The notes under the pieces are model-generated. The model made no database searches. It was not told the origin of the DNA and was given only the letters and a program-made list of their open reading frames with translations. A stretch of DNA of 57,882 bases, filler included, from Sphacelaria rigidula (Eukaryota): the NCBI GenBank assembly GCA_964200075.2. It is 8 parts of 8 records of this genome, joined end to end, with 100 filler letters (N's around TTAATTAATTAA, not from the genome) between each part and the next. Parts side by side here need not be neighbours in the genome. Positions count along the whole stretch, not along the records: positions 7,249 to 14,396 come from CAXNAA020016256.1; positions 14,497 to 21,644 come from CAXNAA020016257.1; 6 more parts are not named here. One strand, 5' to 3'. How positions within the stretch are numbered: position 1 is the first letter of the stretch; every line of letters starts with the position of its first letter. This document shows positions 10,423-21,744 of the stretch, piece after piece. Both the position numbers and the translations under genes were made by a program.

Positions 10423-11847
10423 GTGAGTCGTCTTCTCGTCGAAATTGCCGGCAGCTCGTGATGTCACCAGAAACACGAGGATACGCAATATGTGAGATTA
10501 CGCCACGAATAGCATCCAAAGCAGCCGCAGGTGTATCGAATCAGTCAAGGGGAGGATAGTTCCCGACCACTATATTTCCTCAGCTCGTACCTGCAGCGAT
10601 CCGTCGATATCAAATGTTTCGACGCGAGTACGCATCGAAATTCTGTCGAGTAAACCTCCATCTCCCTATGCGACCTCGGCTCAATGCGTCACGGTATCGC
10701 AAGCCGCAAGTGCCCCGCCATTCAAGTTTCCCAGGTCCATGCGGTCGAGTAGCGTTTCCCAGTTACACGTTGTCTTGGCGGAAACTCTCTCCGCCCGAGC
10801 CGCGTATCAACAGCCGAACGTTTTTCTTATCATATACCTGGCTTATTTTTAGTTCGTTATTTCGGATTGGTTTTTGTTTATTGTGTGTGTGTTGATCTGA
10901 ATTTATGAGCTATGTTTGTGGTTTTAATATCTGTGGTTTCTTCACGCCTCCTGAGCGGGTGTTTCTGTGCTTCCTTCAATCCCGAGTTCGTCTTTCATGG
11001 GACCACGGCTGGAGGCACGTGGTTTGTCCCGATGGTAGATACAACGCTCGAGATATTCCTCATCAATCTTACGATGCGGACCTCCCCTCGACCGTTACAG
11101 TTGGTGACTCTGGACCGTGAGCGCCTGGCTTTCGTCAGTCGGGCTGCCATTCGAGCGAAGGCCAATTAGGAGCCGTTGAAGTTCGTGTCTCTACAAGCCG
11201 ATGCAGCAGCTCAAACGGTGTTCGCTCTACCTATGTGCTCTCCAGTGACGCACGGCACAGACAAGTGAGTACGAACGACGAATGACCGTGCATTCGACGG
11301 TGTCCCCCTTTGGTTAGCGCCTCCAACACTCGCGTACATCTACGGTCATGGCGCTGGTGAATACTCGCTCGTGCATGCGTCGACGTCGATGTAGACTGTA
11401 TCGTGTCTGATACGACTCCACGGTTATGCACGATGCGCGATGTGGCGACTGACAGGGGATATGCCGAACGCCAAAAAATCATGGCAGTTCTCGTGGAGGG
11501 ACAGTTCGTGGAGTTCTTCCTGGCACCTCTGACCGTCGGAGGCGGTGAGTTCGAGCACGGTGCTCGTGTTATGCAGTCGCCGAATTATACCGTGAGGCGA
11601 TCGTCGGCATGATTCGTTCGCATCTCGATTTTCTTATACTGTAGTATCGCCGCCCACCCAATTCGAAGTTAGTAACTGTTCGTCTGCCGTAGTCTATTCG
11701 TTCGATACTTCTACCGCCGGGGCGCGTGGTTCGGTACAGCACACTAGCCCACAGTCCACCACAGCACTTCTTCCACAAACTTAACGAACATCGCACACTG
11801 TCCGTCCCGCCATCCCGCCATCACCTTGCCGTGTACTTGTTTCGCAG

Positions 11848-12097
11848 GCAGCAATCTTATATGCACCTCCATTCACCGGGCACTGACGCGACTGTTCGAC
11901 ACGCACTGCAGCGCCGGCATCCCAGCGTACATCGACGAAGTATACGCCCAATTCGACAACTGCGTGGGCGAGAACAAGAACCACATCGTCTTAACGTACC
12001 TGGGTTCTCTGGTTGCTCGAAGCATAATCGGACGGTTTGAGGTCAATTTCATGATGGTTGGACATACCCACATCATGATCGACTAGGTCTTCTCGAG
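11848..12097 (+). CDS. Transposase exon 5 (catalytic DNC..ENKN / GHTH core)
   Basis: TTCGCAG|GC start and AG|GT end. Translates EVYAQFDNCVGENKNHIVLTYLGSLV...VNFMMVGHTHIMID*VFSR. Confidence 0.8.
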
Positions 12098-12399
12098 GTG
12101 TGTACAAAGAAGTGTGCGTCGAAATTGAAGATTGGTATCGAATTGAAGAACATATCGTGATCAGAACAGTCGATCATGCGTACGGGCGTGGAAGACCGAG
12201 AAGCCGGCATTGGTCGATTCGAATCAAAACCTAGAATAGATAATCGATTGTTTACACTACCCGGCCTGCTCGTGGCGGGGCTATTTTCTCTTTGAATCGA
12301 GCTGTCTTGGAGTGCCCTCTTGCGGTTTTGTTTGGGCTCTTATTTCTTACTTGTGTGTTTATTTCCCGAGAGGATCAAAAGAAGCAATGAGAACCCTTT

Positions 12400-12510
12400 T
12401 GCAAGGAACAGCAGGGATGGTATTGGAAAGACGAGCCCACGTCTGTGACCACGAGAGGTCGGGCTAGTGTGCGGAAATAATAACAATGACGATAATAGTA
12501 ATAATAATAA
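12400..12510 (+). mobile_element. Retroposon 3' end with (AAT)n tail
   Basis: TCTGTGACCACGAGAGGTCGGGCTAGTGTGCGGA followed by an (AAT)-like run. Homologous to the minus strand of 57290-57385. Confidence 0.5.
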
Positions 12511-13401
12511 TTTACATATGTCGCGTAATTTATGAACAAAAGGTATGGAATGGTGATGCCAGCTACCCAAAATCCCCGTACTTTCTACGGCTGCACTCAT
12601 TCACCACTATTTCGAATCCCACAACCGGGGAGCAACACCGCACAACCGCACACCACACACCACACAACACCTCGCGGCGGACCAGTCTAAGCCTGGACAC
12701 AGAGTAAAGATTTACAAGAGTTCTGTGCCTGGGGAGGTCTTACGGAGTTGCCAATTGGACGACAGACCCAAACCGCCGCGATGTGCTTGGCACGAGCGCA
12801 GACAGTACGCGCGTGTGGCACACGTAGGGGTGAGTTCTTGCGACAAAGCACCGAGAACGCGTGCAACCCATATCGCATATTATATTTTTTACCGCATAAA
12901 CTGCGGCTAGACTGTGTTATTGGGGGTGAACGTGGGGGACCTCCGACAGCAATGTATATTTTCGAAAAAAAATGCGACTGGATCATCCGGCTGTGATGCA
13001 TAGCCTCGCTCATCCCAGGCTTAGGTCTCGACCCTAACCGTAACCCTAACCCCAATGAGATGGAGGGCTCCTACAAATTCACCCCTAACGTGGGATCACG
13101 AAGTCTGAGTCATCAAATAACAGAATATATGGACGAAATTCCAACCAATACAAAAATTCGAAATAAAATCCCGGAGCACGTCCTGCAAATAATGTCGTCA
13201 CGCGGGTGGTCTTTTCCGATGTCAAATTATGTACAGTCTCAGTACGACTCTCGCAGGGGTAAGAAGATATGGTTGCACAGTACATGAGCGTCCACACATA
13301 CCTCGATGTCACGAGTTACTTTGGACATCGAAGGGTCAGTATGTAGGTGGAAGTATGCCATTGATGACCACTTTTGGTACTTAATTACGATTGTTTAACA
13401 G

Positions 13402-13838
13402 GATCGCCGTACACTGCAAGGGCTCTTGCCTGTTCACGAGACAACAGCAGGCAGAGGCCTTCAGTGCTGCGTACACGAGCCTGCCCGTCTACACCACCAC
13501 TCTCCGCTCCTTGGGCAACTTCAAAGGGGCCCTGACAGACGGCGGTCGCGTGTTTCCCATCGTTGGCATAACGTCGCCGCGGTCGTTCGAGATCCGGCCG
13601 GCGGGGCCAGCTCAGGTCAGCGTTGGTATGAAACAGTACATGCACAAGCCCGACTTCACTAGGATGACGGCTCCCGGTGTCTTCGAAGGCCCCTCACACT
13701 TACGTTTCCGAGCGGGTGTCCCAGATATGGAGTTAGCACCTCCCTTCAACCTGAAGGTCCTCGATGAAGTCGCGCGGGCATGCGTTCTGGCTCGCTACAA
13801 TGCCGTGCACTGTCGCCTGGCGTCCCTCTACCCCCTAG
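13402..13838 (+). CDS. Transposase exon 6
   Basis: TTAACAG|G continues the FSR codon in phase 2. Translates IAVHCKG...LGNFKGAL...IVGITSPRSFEI, and ends TAG|GTGCG. Confidence 0.7.
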
Positions 13839-14396
13839 GTGCGCGTACACCGGATATTCCCCGTCTTTATATTGTGCAGCACAAACCATCCTCGTGTGAT
13901 CGCGCGTGCACGGTTTTTGCTGTCGTGCCCCACCTTCGTGTTATAATTGTTCCGCTTGACGCATCCCCGACTTTAGTAACCGGTGTTGATGTAGCCCTTG
14001 GTCGGTGGTCTCACGATGTGCTCGAACCCCACGTCTGTACCCACTGTACGGCAGTATGTCAAAAGGGTGTAATATTTTGAAGGCTCGTTATCCTCTGTCC
14101 TCTCAGCACATGTTAATTGTTTTCGTGAAGAAAATGACGCTTAGAGATAGAGGACATCCCCAACGCAAGGTAGACAGCGAGGCTGAGGGCAACCAAAGTA
14201 CCCAAGAGTACAGTACAGGGATAGGGAAAGTGGGCTTTGTGTTGACTCAAAATGGCGTCTCTGCGTTACCCCGGGGTACTCAAAGTTGCAGTTGAGGGCC
14301 TATTTGCGGAGGGTTCAGTACTGACAGTTTCATTTGCGGATAGGGCGGTCGGGGTAGACCTGCCGTCCTCTGTTCTCACTTTTTTTTTGTTTTCGT

Positions 14397-14496
14397 NNNN
14401 NNNNNNNNNNNNNNNNNNNNNNNNNNNNNNNNNNNNNNNNTTAATTAATTAANNNNNNNNNNNNNNNNNNNNNNNNNNNNNNNNNNNNNNNNNNNN
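14397..14496. other. Artificial contig linker
   Basis: 44N-TTAATTAATTAA-44N. Confidence 0.98.
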
Positions 14497-14499
14497 AGC

Positions 14500-14720
14500 T
14501 TCTTCTTTTTTATTTGTTTTTGGTACTCCACCTTCCTTCTGCGGTGCTTGCCTTTTATTTTTTATCGCGAGAGGGGTTCAGCATTCCCTTTCCCTCGTCG
14601 ACATAGTCGCTCTCCACTGTTGATGAGCAGGGTATAAGAAAAAATCCCAGATCGCTCCGGGAATCGAACCCCACAACTCGATGGTCGCGGTGAGAAACCC
14701 GGTGCGCTGGTGCGTATGCA
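14500..14720 (-). mobile_element. tRNA-derived SINE (B-box, body, A-rich tail)
   Basis: Minus strand has a GGTTCGATTCC B-box, then a body shared with 2440-2620. Confidence 0.65.
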
Positions 14721-15669
14721 TGGCATTTCGTGCGTGTGCAACGCATGCCAAGCAGAACAACACGGGCGGAGCTGCACTGGCGAATGCAGGGAGCCTGCCA
14801 CGGTGCGGTGTGCTGTACCATCAAAGTACTTACTTGTACTCGCTGTAGTTTGTCCTTGTTTCGGTTCTGAACCAACTCAGTGGACTCCCCATAGTGGTAC
14901 GTTCGTACCTGTACAACGATCGGCCTTTTGCCAACAGCATTGATCATAAGATCCGAAAATACATTTAATCATTAGATTCATAATCATATGGTTGAACAGT
15001 TACGCCGACAGCTCATTATTCGTGTCAGCCATTTTCCCGACCATCTCTGGTAAACAGCCCTCCTCCGTATGAACTACGGTAGCCGCCCTAAAAATCGGAC
15101 TTTCCAAATTTGAAAAAAATGAAATGCCTCAGGTCGCTGATCAAATGCACCGATCCAACAGCTAGCTTCTTCGTCGCAGTGAACGTACGCGGCAGCCGGA
15201 AACGTCTGCGAAGCGCACACATCCGATTTGTCACTAAGAAGGACATAAAACGGTCGAACTCGCTTCTTAGTATTATGGTGCAATTTTCGCGTGACCCCTG
15301 TTGTGTGATGTGTTTGTTCTTGCTCGGAGCTGTACGTCATTTTACGACCATACTGGTTTCACCGGGGGAATCACGCACTGTTTCTACAGGAACAAAAAAA
15401 CGCGGCAAACGTGTTCCCCCATTTGTTCCAGGCTGCTGCTGCTTCCGCCATTGTTCCCACAACGATCCATACCACTGATTGGCACAATCGTATACCCTGC
15501 TCCGGTAGCTCTGGGCTCATCACAGAAGAAGAACCGCAAAGCACCCAGCAAGTCGAATGCCATCCAGCAAGATATACGATGGACCACAACGAGGACTCGA
15601 GGTGCCTCGCTCGGTCCCTCAGAGGACTGTTTACCACATTCACCAAGTAGTCGGAAAAAAATGTTGTTA

Positions 15670-15898
15670 CTTGATTTACGTGCGAACATCGCAATTCAGA
15701 ACTTGAGAGGGGCTGACACTGACAGCCCCAAATGCTCCTAGCTCGTCTGAAACATGTTTTCGTCCAAGATCGTCGCGCTAGCGCCGGTTTGAGGTCTGCC
15801 AGCGCGCGCATTTTCTCGGATGCCCTCTGCACCCCCCATATGCCCGAGGCGTCCCTTACCCCGCGGTCGGGGTTAGGGTTGGGGCTAGCATTAGGGTG
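15670..15898 (+). repeat. Homolog of the internal body of the 765-1096 MITE, ending in a telomere-like tract
   Basis: Shared TGCTCCTAGCT, TTGAGGTCTG.CA.CGC, ACCCC...CCGAGG and GGGGTTAGGGTT, in the same order. Confidence 0.6.
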
Positions 15899-15950
15899 GA
15901 CGGTACCTCATGTATCGCACCAACCATAGATCCGACCGTTTGGTAGACAG

Positions 15951-16169
15951 TGTAATGCGTGAGAGGACCGCGTGCTTAGAGGATCGCGCCGTAGAAAAAA
16001 CACCTCAGGAGCGACGTTTTTCAAAACCAATCGGGTCAGTCCCTGGGAGTACCACGCCCCTGACCCCAACACCAACAACACTAACACTAACACTAACCCT
16101 AACCCTAACCATAGGAATGTTCAAATTCCGATGCGGTCCTCTAAGCACGCGGTCCTTTCACGCATTACA
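15951..16169 (+). mobile_element. TGT...ACA MITE with 37-bp TIRs and an internal (CCCTAA)-like tract
   Basis: TGTAATGCGTGAGAGGACCGCGTGCTTAGAGGATCGC is inverted at 16133-16169 (2 mismatches). Internal CACTAACACTAACCCTAACCCTAACC. Flanks are GACAG and AACAG. Confidence 0.85.
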
Positions 16170-17088
16170 AACAGACCTCGGGCAGACCTCGGAATAATCA
16201 TATCACTATATGATTCTGAAACAAAAGGTTGGCTATTTTCTCCGTTTCTCTGCTCGATTGTGTTTGGCAACCGGTTGATCATTAGAGATACCTCAAACGC
16301 GAGATTCCCGATATATATAACCGTTTGACGGCGAGCATGGGTCATTTGTTGAAACGGTATCAAATTAAATCAATCTGAATCTATACAGCATGACCCAGAT
16401 GACCTACCCTCGCCGTCGAGGGGTCAACAGTAAAATATAAACACATCCTGTTGAATTTATCTTTAACCTCGAGTTTGAGATACTGCACCTCTATTTTTGT
16501 ACAGGTACGACGGTGTCCCGGAGAGTTGCGCGTGGATCCCAGCTAGCCATTCGAAAGTTTGGCTTGTGTCACTTTTTCCCCTTTACCCGGCATATATCTG
16601 TCGGCGGTTACATCTTGACTGCTGCGTCTTCACCTCCGTGCAACCCAGCGAAGTGAGCAATACTGAAACGAGTATGATAACAGTTGAACCATTGTTTCCG
16701 ACCGTTTATATGGCAAGGTCTACAACTGTAGAGGTCCGACTGGGAGACCGGGGACTGGGGCAACCGTGCGATCGTGAGACCACCTGTTTTTGAAGAGGCA
16801 CGAAATGTGCGATGGGCGGAGATGAGGCGGTGTAATGTGTAGTAAGGCGGCATGTTCACACCAGCCGCGGCTAGATGCCCATCTACATTAGATGATGATG
16901 TCCCCCCCCCCCCCCCCCCCCCCCTCCCCCCCCCCTCTCCACCACCCTGTCCCACACTCCCCCCTCCCCNNNNNNNNNCCCCCCCCCCCCCCCTGCTCTC
17001 ACTCATCTCAGCAATTCGATTCTGACACACTACCTGCCGGGCAATCCTTTTCACTCCGACTTCATCTTTTCGAAGCCCAAAATCAATC

Positions 17089-17167
17089 ATGATCAGCAAA
17101 AAGATAATGCTGGTTGCACAGATCGTGGCGCTCATGCTGCTGGGCTTCGCATCGGCAGAACCAAAAG
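17089..17167 (+). CDS. Secreted Cys-rich repeat protein, exon 1 (signal peptide)
   Basis: ATG...MISKKIMLVAQIVALMLLGFASAEPK then G|GT. Basic n-region, hydrophobic core, ASA cleavage site. Confidence 0.75.
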
Positions 17168-17740
17168 GTGACACGTGTTGTTCCCTGAAGCATGATTTCC
17201 TGTGTCGGGTATATTCCAGCGTTGCCGGCGGATGATGTCGCTACGGGTGTGGCGTTGTGGGACTGTGAGAGTACATGCCCTTCCGTGGAAGTTGAACTGA
17301 TGGTACTGCGCGGATCGTGGTGTCTAAGTCTGCATTACGCCGCGAGTATCCCATGTTTTGCGTGGGGGTTGAGCGGCATCTGGGAGTGGCCGCGTTGAAA
17401 TCACGAACGGGCGGGAATCCAGTTGAGCATCATTGTCGGTGCTCACGCGGCTTAATTTCTGAATCTGACACGCGAACCTGTTCGTGGATCGCCATCGCAC
17501 TCAGATTCATCAGCGGAGTGCTGCCCGATTATAGCTTCAGCAATACATTGCTGTGTATTCACGTCGATGCAAACACTAGGTCTATGCATCCACCACCGTC
17601 ACGAATTCATGCAATTGAACCTCTTGTGAGGGTGTACGACGAATCAACCTGATCGTTGCTCCCGTATTAAGATTAATTTGAGTTTGCGTACGGAACACTT
17701 TGAACCCCTCTTGCCCGAGACTCCGCGGTGTGCTTTCGGT

Positions 17741-17904
17741 GGGGTTGAGGTTTAGGGTTAGGGGTAGGGTTAGTGTTGTTGGTGTTGGGGTCAGGGGCGT
17801 GGTACCTGCAGGGACTGACCTGATTGGTTTTGAAAAACGTCGATTATGAGGTATTTTGAACTACGGCGTGGTCCTTTAAGCACGCGGTCCTCTCACGCAT
17901 TACA
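17741..17904 (-). mobile_element. Truncated, inverted copy of the TGT...ACA telomere-tract MITE
   Basis: Reverse complement of 17971-18115. Homology stops inside the TTAGGG-like tract. Confidence 0.8.
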
Positions 17905-17970
17905 GTATCAACCGTCTCTTTCAGTGGGCACCAGAACGCTGTATGAATATAGTACTCGTTAGGTGCAACC

Positions 17971-18175
17971 TGTAATGCGTGAGAGGACCGCGTGCTTAGA
18001 GGACCGCGCCGTAGTTCAAAATACCTCAGGATCGACGTTTTTCAAAACCAATCAGGTCAGTCCCTGCAGGCACCACGCCCCTGACCATAACCCCAACACT
18101 AACCCTAACCCTTACCATAGGGGTTTTCAAATTCCGGTGCTGTCCTCTAAGCACGCGGTCCTCTCACGCATTACA
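17971..18175 (+). mobile_element. TGT...ACA MITE, second full copy (intronic)
   Basis: Same TIRs and internal CCCTAA-like tract as 15951-16169. Confidence 0.85.
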
Positions 18176-18275
18176 CACAACCGAGGATTTTGTATTCTGG
18201 TTTCGCTCACCGCCCTCAACATATTTCAACGAACGCTGCTGTGGCTGAATTCCCCGCGATGGCTTGACCCTGCAG

Positions 18276-18376
18276 CTCTCGAACAAGGGATGACTGCCCA
18301 GGACGACGTTGATCTCGCTGAGCCCGTGGCACACCGCGAACTTCGCCACCGCCGCCGTCGCCGGAGGGGAGGAAAG
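18276..18376 (+). CDS. Secreted Cys-rich protein, exon 2 (acidic pro-region, HREL, poly-Arg)
   Basis: CTGCAG|CT in phase 1. Translates LEQGMTAQDDVDLAEPVAHRELRHRRRRRRGGK, then a GT donor. Confidence 0.65.
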
Positions 18377-18560
18377 GTGATGACTTGATGTACCACGTGT
18401 ACTTCAGCAGTAGGGTAGTACCGGGTTTTCGGGTGCGAGGTAAAAGAGACAAGGCGTTCAAGTCCGGCTCTGAAGAAGCAGCAGCATGCAGCAAGCAAAA
18501 ATGTGAAGCAGGCAGATTAATGGGTGCCCGCCTGTCGTTCACGATCTCACGAAAATTCAG

Positions 18561-18666
18561 CGGGACAAATGCAGGCACTTTTACTGCCCTTCGGACTGGA
18601 CGCCCATCAACGACTACTGGAAGAAATGCCGCGGCAAGTGCGACAAGTACGAGTGCTGCTACAAGG
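18561..18666 (+). CDS. Secreted Cys-rich protein, repeat exon 1
   Basis: TTCAG|RDKCRHFYCPSDWTPINDYWKKCRGKCDKYECCYK, then G|GTAAGT. Confidence 0.8.
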
Positions 18667-18921
18667 GTAAGTGGACTTGGCAGCGAATTCTGCTCCTGTA
18701 TGTGAATTTCGCATTGGCCTCACGTTCATCGAGACCAGCTAAAGACAAGGGGGCAACACGCACACTTCACCTCTCATGGCTGGATATCAGGAGTTGACAC
18801 GCCAACCCGTGGTTTTATTGTCCAATGAGGAACGGTATCGTATAGATCGGGCCGCGAAAAACTGCATGTTTCCCCTCTACACACACCATGACCAATTCTC
18901 TCGCTTCCATGCATGCCGCAG

Positions 18922-19029
18922 AGAAAAAGAAGACGTGCAAGGACGACTACTACTGCCCCGCGGGATACTCAAACGTTGGCAACAAGGAGTGCCGCGGTGA
19001 TTGCGACGAACACGAATGCTGCGAAAAAA
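18922..19029 (+). CDS. Secreted Cys-rich protein, repeat exon 2 (108 nt, phase 1-1)
   Basis: CCGCAG|EKKKTCKDDYYCPAGYSNVGNKECRGDCDEHECCEK, then A|GTAAGT. Confidence 0.8.
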
Positions 19030-19529
19030 GTAAGTCGACTCGGTAAATCTCAACGTAAGCGGGCGTAGCACTCGGTATTTTGTGTACTAGCAAGGAAGGG
19101 ATGCTTGCAGCGCATAACTGTGGAGTATCACATGAAACAAGTTTCCGGCATTCCATGCCTTGTCCTGTGCGCGCACCGAACGTCTACTCTCCTCCTTACC
19201 CGTGCGTTTATCACAAGGAAAAAGAGGACGCGTGAATACGATTACATTTATGTACCCCCATGGGGCCTCCTAAATCTTGGTAGTATCACGAAGTCAAACA
19301 CGTGTACTGTGCGGTTCACCCATCCACTACTACTTGTGTACCCCAGCATGAAGACCGAGCACTTGGACGGAAAAAAAAAAAGAATCGTTGGGCGTACTCT
19401 TGAGGGAAGTAATCAAGTAGCTGGGTCTTCGAGTCCCCAACCGACGATGTTGTAGCACCCAATTATTGTATCACACCGTGAAAGTGTTCGGCGTTACAGT
19501 ACCTCCGCCTTTTCATGCGATGACTACAG

Positions 19530-19601
19530 AGAAGAGGAGCGAAGACGACTACTACTGCATATCGCTCGGGCTACCGGGTGGATGCAAATGTTGCAAGGAG
19601 G
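19530..19601 (+). pseudogene. Shortened, degenerate Cys-repeat exon (72 nt, GC donor)
   Basis: TACAG|..KRSEDDYYCISLGLPGGCKCCKE, then G|GCGAG. Shares AAGACGACTACTACTGC-like sequence with repeat exon 2. Confidence 0.5.
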
Positions 19602-19915
19602 GCGAGATTTGGCAATCTTCGTAGTGGGTTGCTCTTGCATCAACTCGCGCGGCAGTATTTCAATTTCAGAATGTAATGACGACGGCCACGTTGTTCTCGT
19701 TGGATATCTCACCCCACGGTCTTGTGCGGGCTATCGTCGTCGTGATGCGAAGGCACGTGGGATAGCACACGAAAAATGCCGTGCTCGGGCAAAACAAGGA
19801 GATCTACGTGTTGGGGAAGTTGACAGTTGTTCTTGCAAGTTTGCGCATACGGCGCTAAGTTTGAAGAGTTATTACGAGCTGCTTCAGATTGAACGCCCAA
19901 AATCCATTCCCCGGG

Positions 19916-20193
19916 ATTTCCTCACGCCGTTTATTCGAGTTAGACCACGAAAATTTGCACACATATTCTTGAGGGCACGATCTAAAACTCGAAAGCCGTT
20001 TTTTTTATTATTATTTCGTGTCGAGGTTTCGGGATCTGACCCCTTCCCCGGTCAAGTCGGTCAACCGCGACCTTGAAAACAACTCCACTAACGAATAAAA
20101 TAAAATAAAACGGTGTTCGAGTCTTGGATAGTGCCCTCCAGAACATGTGTGCAATTCTTCGTGGTCGATTTCGAAGAAACAGCGTGAGGAAAT
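19916..20193. mobile_element. Foldback element with about 100-bp imperfect inverted arms
   Basis: ATTTCCTCACGC...GACCACGAA..TTGCACACAT.TTCT.GAGGGCAC is mirrored at 20091-20193. Confidence 0.7.
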
Positions 20194-21557
20194 GACAAAA
20201 CGTGTAATTACTTGATTGAAGTACAGGATCGCCTTGTCGGAGGGTTGCTTTTACGGTAAAAGACCCAGCCGATTCAGTTTTTCGAGTTGAGCAACGATAA
20301 TTGGTACACATGTTCCTTGGGATATCACGTAACCCTATGATGTCGAACATGTGGTGTTGAGGCATTCTGTACCGGTTTCCTGGGGCCTCTATTTTGGGAC
20401 CCCCGAAAGCCGGTAGAAAACGAAGAAACATTGGAATCTTGCCAAGAATATCATTTTTCAATTCAAAGCATCGATACCTACGGAACTGCTAAGTTTAAGG
20501 ATGATCTGAGATTTCTCCAACAGATGTAAGGGAAATCGTCTCAAGCTCCGTGGGTCTCCCGTAAGTATCATGAGTGGAAATTGGACGACGCCAAACCTTC
20601 ACATCACCGAAACATCTCGGTTTCGGGCAATATTCGACCCCGTTGGAACCGTTTTCGAATCTGTTTCTCCCGGTAGATTCCCAAGCTGACGACGGTTACT
20701 AAAATTTGAACCATGTGAAGATTCGGCGTATATTAGGCTTGGTATCCTTGTTTTCAATTTCGGACCAAGTTAAAAGGCGCTGATTGGTCGAGACATATTT
20801 TTGTCCAAAGCGCCACTGCTATAGCCTTGGTAAAAAAAATCCGACTATGTAACTTTTTTCGTCTGTCATTGCGGTCAGTATGATACCATATTTGTGTATA
20901 TTGGCTGGGTTTTGCCTTCGTCATCAGCCGGGGAATATGTTATGGGTATTCAATCTGAACCAGCCTGTAGGCGCTGAAATTTAGGCCCGATTTTTTTTTT
21001 CATCGTTAACGCACGCAATATTTCTCGGTATGCCGATGTCAGAGGAAAACAGAACAGAAGGTTGGGGCGATTTGTCAGCTGAAATTGAAAAATTAATGAT
21101 GACTCCGTGAAAAAGGCAAAACGGTGTGATATCCCATTTGATGTTGTATGGATTGCGGAGAAGAAATTCTGGTTGAAATTCGACGAAAAAAACTTACTTC
21201 TTAGTCTAGCCTGGCACTTCCAACACCACTGCGCCCCTGTAATGCAATCCAGGTGATGCAGGAGACACCAGTTCTGGAGTTCACGAGTTCGAATCCCGAC
21301 AGATCCTCTTCTTGCGTCCCGTCTTTGTGTCGCTTTTTGTGCAGCACCTTCGTTTTTTTGTTCTGCGGCACAGCGTGCATGACCACGTCGGTCTATAGTT
21401 CACAGCAATAATATGCTTCAGTTGAGCCGACTTGTGAAATTAGATAAACTGCCGTGTGATGGGCGTTTGTACGTTTCACGGCTGGCCCAGCTCGTTTATT
21501 TTCCGAGTAGCAAATGTGCCCTGCTCTTCCATGGTGTTGTCCGTCCGTCCCTTGCAG

Positions 21558-21644
21558 AGGATGAGAAGTGCAGCGACTTCTACTGCCCCAAGGGTTGGGA
21601 TTACCTCTACGGTGACATCAAATGCCACGGCAAATGCGACAAGT
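21558..21644 (+). CDS. Secreted Cys-rich protein, further repeat exon (cut by contig end)
   Basis: CCCTTGCAG|EDEKCSDFYCPKGWDYLYGDIKCHGKCDK. Phase 1 start. Confidence 0.8.
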
Positions 21645-21744
21645 NNNNNNNNNNNNNNNNNNNNNNNNNNNNNNNNNNNNNNNNNNNNTTAATTAATTAA
21701 NNNNNNNNNNNNNNNNNNNNNNNNNNNNNNNNNNNNNNNNNNNN
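21645..21744. other. Artificial contig linker
   Basis: 44N-TTAATTAATTAA-44N. Confidence 0.98.

Larger units (their letters stand above)
9023..13838 (+). pseudogene. Six-exon DUF7869/Sola-like DD(D/E) transposase pseudogene (about 440 codons)
   Basis: Exons 9023-9161, 10174-10422, 11101-11264, 11456-11544, 11848-12097 and 13402-13838 are all AG/GT-bounded and phase-compatible. Motifs: FLDRYAEMYGQTMPH, KQEVY, FMKCSAC..KAHL, SLQADAAAQ..FALP, GSNLIC, QFDNCVGENKN, FMMVGHTH.MID(Q)VFSRIA, VGITSPRSFEI. Four in-frame stops. Confidence 0.8.

Noticed and set aside
16070..16110. True telomere or chromosome end
   Set aside because: The tract is short, degenerate and internal to a TIR element.
15430..16560. 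Possible extra exons at about 15430-15600 and 16505-16560
   Set aside because: They have plausible acceptors but no recognisable motif or convincing phase link. They lie upstream of the signal-peptide exon.
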